From contig NC_022349.1 in assembly GCF_000354175.2 (NCBI RefSeq), positions 1,380,001 to 1,412,000 on the forward strand: 32,000 bases of DNA, written 5' to 3'. The notes beneath the pieces were generated by a model. That model saw nothing but the letters and a program-made list of their open reading frames with translations. It was not told where the DNA came from and made no database searches. Origin of the DNA: Vibrio alginolyticus NBRC 15630 = ATCC 17749 (GTDB lineage Bacteria > Pseudomonadota > Gammaproteobacteria > Enterobacterales > Vibrionaceae). This document shows, piece by piece, positions 27,701 through 32,000 of the stretch (positions are counted from its first letter, which is position 1; the number at the start of each line of letters is the position of its first letter). Both the position numbers and the translations under genes were made by a program.

Positions 27701-27717
27701 CAATGGTCGGATTTGTC
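27701..27717 (+). promoter_or_regulatory. FadR-like operator upstream of the first fadL
   Basis: CAATGGTCGGATTTGTC. The core TGGTCGGATTTGT matches 10 of 13 positions of TGGTCCGACCTGT and resembles the E. coli fabA site AACTGATCGGACTTGTT. It overlaps the predicted -35. Confidence 0.4.
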
Positions 27718-27740
27718 CAAGCAACTATTGATACTACTAT
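27713..27740 (+). promoter_or_regulatory. Predicted sigma70 promoter of the first fadL
   Basis: TTGTCC (27713-27718), a 16-nt spacer, then TACTAT (27735-27740), about 60 nt upstream of the ATG at 27804. Confidence 0.4.
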
Positions 27741-27803
27741 CTGCGCCACTGAGCAAAAGCTCAATTTATCGTCCAAAGAGACGAATCTAATAAGGAAAAA
27801 CAA

Positions 27804-29063
27804 ATGACTCAGAACACGCGTCTGTTTAAAAAGACTCTCCTAGCAGTAACGGTAGCTTTTGCCTCAGGTCAATCGATGGCAGCGGGTTTCCAAATCAACG
27901 CTCAATCAGCAACTGGCATCGGCCGTGCATTTGCTGGTGATGCGGTAATCGCAGATAATGCAGCAGTAATGGCTCGTAACCCAGCAGCAATGGCTCTGTT
28001 TGATAAAATGGAACTGTCGCTAGGTTTCGAAAGCATTACTTCAATGATTGAAGTGAAAGATGCGAAATATAACGTTAATACTCCTTTGGGCTCCAATACT
28101 GTAAGTGTTGCTGATACTGATGATGTGGGTGATACGTCAATAGCTCCAAACATTCACCTAATCGTTCCAGTAAATGACAAGTTTGCATGGGGCGTAAACG
28201 CATACTCTAATTTCGGCACTAAAACTGAATTTTCAGATAACTACACCGCAAAAGAGTACGGTGGTCTTACGGATGTAAAAAGCTTCAACTTTGGATTGGC
28301 GGGTTCTTACCGTTTAAACGAACAATGGAGCTTTGGTGCTGGTTTAGATTTAATCTACGGCCAAGGCACAATGAAGCGTACAACTAGCTCTTCAGTCCCA
28401 AGGGTTGGCGGTCAAAAAATTCTGGACGTAGATAAAGCTGATGGTTGGGCTGTTGGTTTTAACGTAGGTACTGTGTACGAACTAGATGAAAACAACCGTT
28501 TTGGTCTAGCGTATCGTTACAGCCCTGAATTTACGGCGAAAGACGACAAAGGTCAGGAAATCACGCTACCTCTACCAGATATGGCCGAGTTTTCCGGTTT
28601 CCACAAAATCCAAGACACTAAATTTGCTGTACACTACAGCATCCAATACATCGGCTGGAAAGATTTCGACCAAATTGATTTTGAGAACCTAAATCAGGGT
28701 TTACTTAAAGGTGGTTACTCGAAAGACTATCAATGGCAAGATGGCTGGCACTACGCAATTGGTGGTACTTACTACCTAAACAACAACTGGACACTTCGTG
28801 CTGGTTACATGTACGACACAAGCGCTCAAGATAAAGTAACGTCTATCTCGGTACCAGACTCAGATCGCCAGTGGTTCTCCACAGGTTTCTCTTACCATAT
28901 TGATAATAGCTCAAACATCGATTTTGGCTTCACGTACTTGTTAGGTGAAGATGTAAAAGTTAATGAGAATACTCAATTAGCTCCTGGTCTTTCTACCGGT
29001 GTAACAGCAACAACTCATGCTGATGCAATTCTATTCGGCTTACAATACAGCCGTAGCTTCTAA
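27804..29063 (+). CDS. fadL: Long-chain fatty acid outer-membrane transporter (FadL family), copy 1
   Basis: 419-aa ORF with a signal peptide ending SMA|AGFQ. The hatch region AGFQINAQSATGIGRAFAGDAVIADNAAVMARNPAAM carries the NPA motif. The C-terminal beta-signal ends in F. AAGGA lies upstream. Confidence 0.9.
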   Translation: MTQNTRLFKKTLLAVTVAFASGQSMAAGFQINAQSATGIGRAFAGDAVIADNAAVMARNPAAMALFDKMELSLGFESITSMIEVKDAKYNVNTPLGSNTVSVADTDDVGDTSIAPNIHLIVPVNDKFAWGVNAYSNFGTKTEFSDNYTAKEYGGLTDVKSFNFGLAGSYRLNEQWSFGAGLDLIYGQGTMKRTTSSSVPRVGGQKILDVDKADGWAVGFNVGTVYELDENNRFGLAYRYSPEFTAKDDKGQEITLPLPDMAEFSGFHKIQDTKFAVHYSIQYIGWKDFDQIDFENLNQGLLKGGYSKDYQWQDGWHYAIGGTYYLNNNWTLRAGYMYDTSAQDKVTSISVPDSDRQWFSTGFSYHIDNSSNIDFGFTYLLGEDVKVNENTQLAPGLSTGVTATTHADAILFGLQYSRSF

Positions 29064-29100
29064 ACGCTTCGCTGTTAGTTAGTAGAAAAATACTTTATAT

Positions 29101-29127
29101 AAAAGGCTGGATTTCCAGCCTTTTTTC
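29101..29127 (+). terminator. Rho-independent terminator after fadL copy 1
   Basis: aaaaggctgg (29101-29110) / attt / ccagcctttt (29115-29124), followed by further T residues. Confidence 0.85.
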
Positions 29128-29372
29128 ATATCTGCGATTTATTGCCCACTCAATTTGAGTGAACACGTGTATCTAAATCTCACAATTAGGACGCACAGCT
29201 GTTCGCTGAATTCCGTTTACAAGCCTTTCACAGTTAGATTATTAAACCACATAAATAATATTTGAAAGGATAATATTCCAAATGACCACTTGCGCTGGAT
29301 TTTCATTTCTAAAGTAAAAACTCTACCTTTAAACTTTCGTCCCACGTTATAAACAAATCAGCGAACATTCGA

Positions 29373-30689
29373 ATGAAAACCAACAAGACTCTTCTATCAA
29401 CAGCAGTGGCATTAAGCCTACTTGGCACAACGGGCATGGCTAACGCAGCAGGTTTCCAACTTGCTGAATATTCTGCAACAGGCCTAGGTCGAGCATATGC
29501 TGGTGAAGCTGCAATGGCTGACAACGCAAGTGCACAATGGCGTAACCCAGCAATGCTAACTTATTTGGAAGGCACTCAAGTGTCCGTTGGTGCAATCTAT
29601 GTGAACCCAAATATTGATATTGAAGGTGATGTAAACTTCCACGGTAGCACTTCTTCTGCATCTTCAGATGACTTCGCACATGATGCAATCATTCCAAACT
29701 TCTACCTATCACACCAATATAATGAGAAATTCGCGATTGGTTTGGCATTTGGCACCAACTACGGCATGGAAACCGATTTAGGTAAAGGCTTTGGTGCATC
29801 GCACTTTGGTAACGAAGCAAGCGTAACGACAATGGAAGCGAACTTAAACGCAGCTTACAAAGTCAATGAATCGATCAGCGTTGGTGGTGGTATCCGTTAC
29901 ATCATCGGCGAAGGCAGCTTTGGCGCAGCAGCTCCTAAGAATAACGTTGTAGGGTTAAATCCTGAAACTAATCAACCAATCAGTGTTCCTCAAGGTACCG
30001 CTCTAAAATACATGGAAGGTGACGATACCGCTTGGGGCTGGCAAGTTGGTACAGCATGGCAGATCAATGAAAATAACCGTATCGGCTTCGCGTACAAATC
30101 TGAAGTTGAACTGAAGCTTGAAGGCCATGCTGAAGGTCTTGGTTTTGGCTTCGGTACTTCTGAACGCGACAACGGCTACATGTATCTAAACCTGCCTGCA
30201 ACGGCTGAGTTGGCAAGCTTCCACCAAGTAACAGACCAACTTGCGTTACACGCAAGCGTTAACTGGACGGATTGGAGCTCTTTCGAGAAATTGGAAGCAC
30301 GTCTAAATACTGCTGGCACGCATATGGTTAAAGTAGAAAACTGGGAAGACAACTATCGCTTTGCTGTTGGTGCTACTTACCAGCTTGATCCTAAGCTAGC
30401 GCTACGCACTGGTATTGCATACGATACTTCAGCGGTAAGCGACAAAAACCGCACGATTACTATTCCAGAAACTGACCGCACTTGGCTAAGTATTGGCGCA
30501 ACGTACGATTGGACGAAAGACTTCAGCCTAGACGCTGGCTTCACCTATATTTTTGCGAAAGACGCACCAATCGTTGAGTCTCGTGGTTACAAGTCAGACG
30601 ACACTGCAGAACAAGTCGGCGGCCAATTTGTAGGCGAAACTACGGGTAATGTTTGGCTAATCGGTGTTCAAGCAAACTACCGTTTCTAA
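29373..30689 (+). CDS. fadL: Long-chain fatty acid outer-membrane transporter (FadL family), copy 2
   Basis: 438-aa ORF with signal peptide MKTNKTLLSTAVALSLLGTTGMANA|AGFQ. The hatch region is AGFQLAEYSATGLGRAYAGEAAMADNASAQWRNPAM and the C-terminus is ...VQANYRF. Confidence 0.9.
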   Translation: MKTNKTLLSTAVALSLLGTTGMANAAGFQLAEYSATGLGRAYAGEAAMADNASAQWRNPAMLTYLEGTQVSVGAIYVNPNIDIEGDVNFHGSTSSASSDDFAHDAIIPNFYLSHQYNEKFAIGLAFGTNYGMETDLGKGFGASHFGNEASVTTMEANLNAAYKVNESISVGGGIRYIIGEGSFGAAAPKNNVVGLNPETNQPISVPQGTALKYMEGDDTAWGWQVGTAWQINENNRIGFAYKSEVELKLEGHAEGLGFGFGTSERDNGYMYLNLPATAELASFHQVTDQLALHASVNWTDWSSFEKLEARLNTAGTHMVKVENWEDNYRFAVGATYQLDPKLALRTGIAYDTSAVSDKNRTITIPETDRTWLSIGATYDWTKDFSLDAGFTYIFAKDAPIVESRGYKSDDTAEQVGGQFVGETTGNVWLIGVQANYRF

Positions 30690-30705
30690 CCAAGCGGCAA
30701 AATAC

Positions 30706-30737
30706 AAAAAAGGCTTAGCATCAGCTAAGCCTTTTTT
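30706..30737. terminator. Bidirectional Rho-independent terminator between fadL copy 2 and mlaA
   Basis: aaaaaaggcttagc (30706-30719) / atca / gctaagcctttttt (30724-30737). Confidence 0.85.
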
Positions 30738-30763
30738 CATTTCTCTATTGTGAAGAACAACGC

Positions 30764-31537
30764 TTAAAAGTCTTCTAGATATTCATCTAAATACTCTTCT
30801 TCTTCGATGTTAACTTCTTCTACCGTTTCAACTTCTGCTTTAAAGTTTTGACGCTGGATATAAACATCGCGAGTAAGAATATATGGATCCGGCGACGAGT
30901 CTAGCTGCGCTTCTTGCGGTACTAACAAAGCACGCTTCTCCATTCCTTCAAACGCCCACTTACCCAAACTCGCCCAGAAGTTGAGATAAGAGAGGGGTAA
31001 ATACGTACTATCTACGGTATCTGTCACTTCACGTAAGGTATACGGACCATAACCTGGAACCATGAAGTAAGGACCATTTCCAACACCATAGTGGCCTACT
31101 GCATCACTGAACGCTTTCTCGTCGTACTTCGTAATACCCGCGGCACTTGCAATATCGAATAAACCGAAAATACCGAACGTCGAGTTAATCCAAAAACGGT
31201 TAAAGTGGTCCACGGCTTTCGTACCATTACCCATGATTAAGTTATTAACCATGCTTGCTGGCTCATCTAAGTTCGATAAGAAGTTAGCGATACCAGAACG
31301 AATAGGAACTGGCGTGTATTCTACATACGCAAGTGATACAGGACGAACCAAATACGGATCTAAATATTCGTAGTTGAGTTCCCACATGGTTCGGTTAAAG
31401 CCTTCCAACGGGTCATACACATCAGAAGTCGTTTGATTTGTTTCTTGTCCTGTTACTGCTTCATCAGGCGCACTTGAACAGCCAACCAGTCCAACGGCTA
31501 ACAGCAACAAGAAGGTAGATTTACCCTTGTTATACAT
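30764..31537 (-). CDS. mlaA: Outer-membrane lipoprotein MlaA (VacJ), phospholipid asymmetry maintenance
   Basis: The ORF track starts at 31588. The likely start is ATG 31537, giving MYNKGKSTFLLLLAVGLVGC|SS (lipobox LVGC) and 257 aa. Conserved DPLEGFNRTMWELNY and GPYFMVPGYGP motifs are present. It has an acidic C-terminal tail. Adjacency to fadL matches E. coli. Confidence 0.88.
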   Translation of the reverse strand: MYNKGKSTFLLLLAVGLVGCSSAPDEAVTGQETNQTTSDVYDPLEGFNRTMWELNYEYLDPYLVRPVSLAYVEYTPVPIRSGIANFLSNLDEPASMVNNLIMGNGTKAVDHFNRFWINSTFGIFGLFDIASAAGITKYDEKAFSDAVGHYGVGNGPYFMVPGYGPYTLREVTDTVDSTYLPLSYLNFWASLGKWAFEGMEKRALLVPQEAQLDSSPDPYILTRDVYIQRQNFKAEVETVEEVNIEEEEYLDEYLEDF

Positions 31538-31639
31538 TTTATTTTCCATAACGACTATTAATGTACCTAAGTCACCCCGATTAACCATTGTACGTATGTT
31601 GAGCAGGATACATAGTAAAGATGACTCAGATATGGGAAT

Positions 31640-31666
31640 AAATAAAGGCCAGCAATCGCTGGCCTT
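31640..31666 (-). terminator. Rho-independent terminator downstream of the right-edge gene
   Basis: aaggccagc (31645-31653) / aatc / gctggcctt (31658-31666). The minus-strand tail is TTTATTTATT. Confidence 0.65.
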
Positions 31667-31753
31667 CGGTATTCTACTCGATCGTTTAGAGTCATACCAC
31701 TAAAGGCAACTGACTCTACCTCGTTGTCATGTTTCAGAGACAGATGTTAACAA

Positions 31754-32000
31754 TTAATACTGCTGATCAATGGTCACTTCTACTGGTGCGCCAAATTCAA
31801 CGACGTCACTTTCTCCGTGCCAATCTTGATCACGCGTTGCTACGTTACCGTCAGAATCTACACGCACACGGACGATTAGCTTATCGAGTGAAGATAACTT
31901 TTGCCCTTGCATCATGGCATTGCCATCATCTAATACGACTGTGCGAGGGAAAGTACCTAGCGGATAACGAGCAGCAGCCACAGGCATTGGAGAGCCATCT
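31754..32000 (-). CDS. C-terminal fragment of a conserved protein running off the right edge, possibly the cytochrome c biogenesis factor CcmI
   Basis: The open frame continues past 31987 to the window edge and ends ...VEFGAPVEVTIDQQY*. The CcmI assignment rests only on my recollection that the ccm cluster neighbours vacJ/mlaA in Vibrio. Confidence 0.35.
   Translation of the reverse strand, partial: DGSPMPVAAARYPLGTFPRTVVLDDGNAMMQGQKLSSLDKLIVRVRVDSDGNVATRDQDWHGESDVVEFGAPVEVTIDQQY

Noticed and set aside
29163-29170. An ACACGTGT palindrome upstream of fadL copy 2, also present at 12376-12383, resembles the core of the E. coli FabR operator AGCGTACACGTGTTAGCT
   Set aside because: Only the central 8 bp match, and the outer half-sites are poor (about 11/18 overall). 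The second copy is just part of a terminator-like hairpin. Two occurrences of a given 8-mer in 32 kb is not significant.
1-32000. I looked for CRISPR arrays, IS elements and inverted terminal repeats, integrases, att-like direct repeats flanking the inserted genes, tRNA/rRNA genes, and defence or toxin-antitoxin pairs
   Set aside because: I found none by eye. The only extended repeats are the in-frame hubP units. The inserted genes have no flanking mobility signatures.

Overview
This window looks like ordinary, densely packed core chromosome of a Vibrio-like gammaproteobacterium. That call rests on the protein sequences, on a HubP/FimV polar-landmark gene sitting between asd and truA, and on mid-40s % GC judged by eye, not computed. 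Gene order is folC-accD-truA-hubP-asd-pdxB-fabB / mnmC / FMN-reductase-like oxidoreductase-yfcL-epmC / UPF0126 channel / aroC-prmB / smrB / sixA / M16 peptidase-small secreted protein / fadJ-fadI / ECF sigma-anti-sigma / fadL-fadL / mlaA-(ccmI-like). This is nearly the same order as the E. coli 52-53 min region as I recall it, with a few lineage-specific insertions. I found no CRISPR array, IS element, transposase, integrase, prophage gene, tRNA/rRNA or recognisable defence or toxin-antitoxin system, and no convincing undescribed multi-gene system. Things worth a second look, in rough order: (1) smrB is split by a frameshift inside an A8 run that is also an in-frame A-AAA-AAA slippery heptamer. 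(2) An uncharacterised ECF sigma / DUF3379-like anti-sigma pair sits in the middle of the fatty-acid uptake and degradation locus, next to two diverged fadL paralogs. (3) The structured fabB 3'UTR matches the architecture of the Vibrio sRNA FarS. (4) FadR-type operators have classical promoter geometry at fadIJ and at the first fadL only. (5) An orphan strong terminator lies downstream of an AT-rich small ORF between fadI and the ECF sigma gene. (6) There is a 144-bp tandem repeat array in hubP. All homology statements come from reading the translations and from memory of the protein families; no searches were run.
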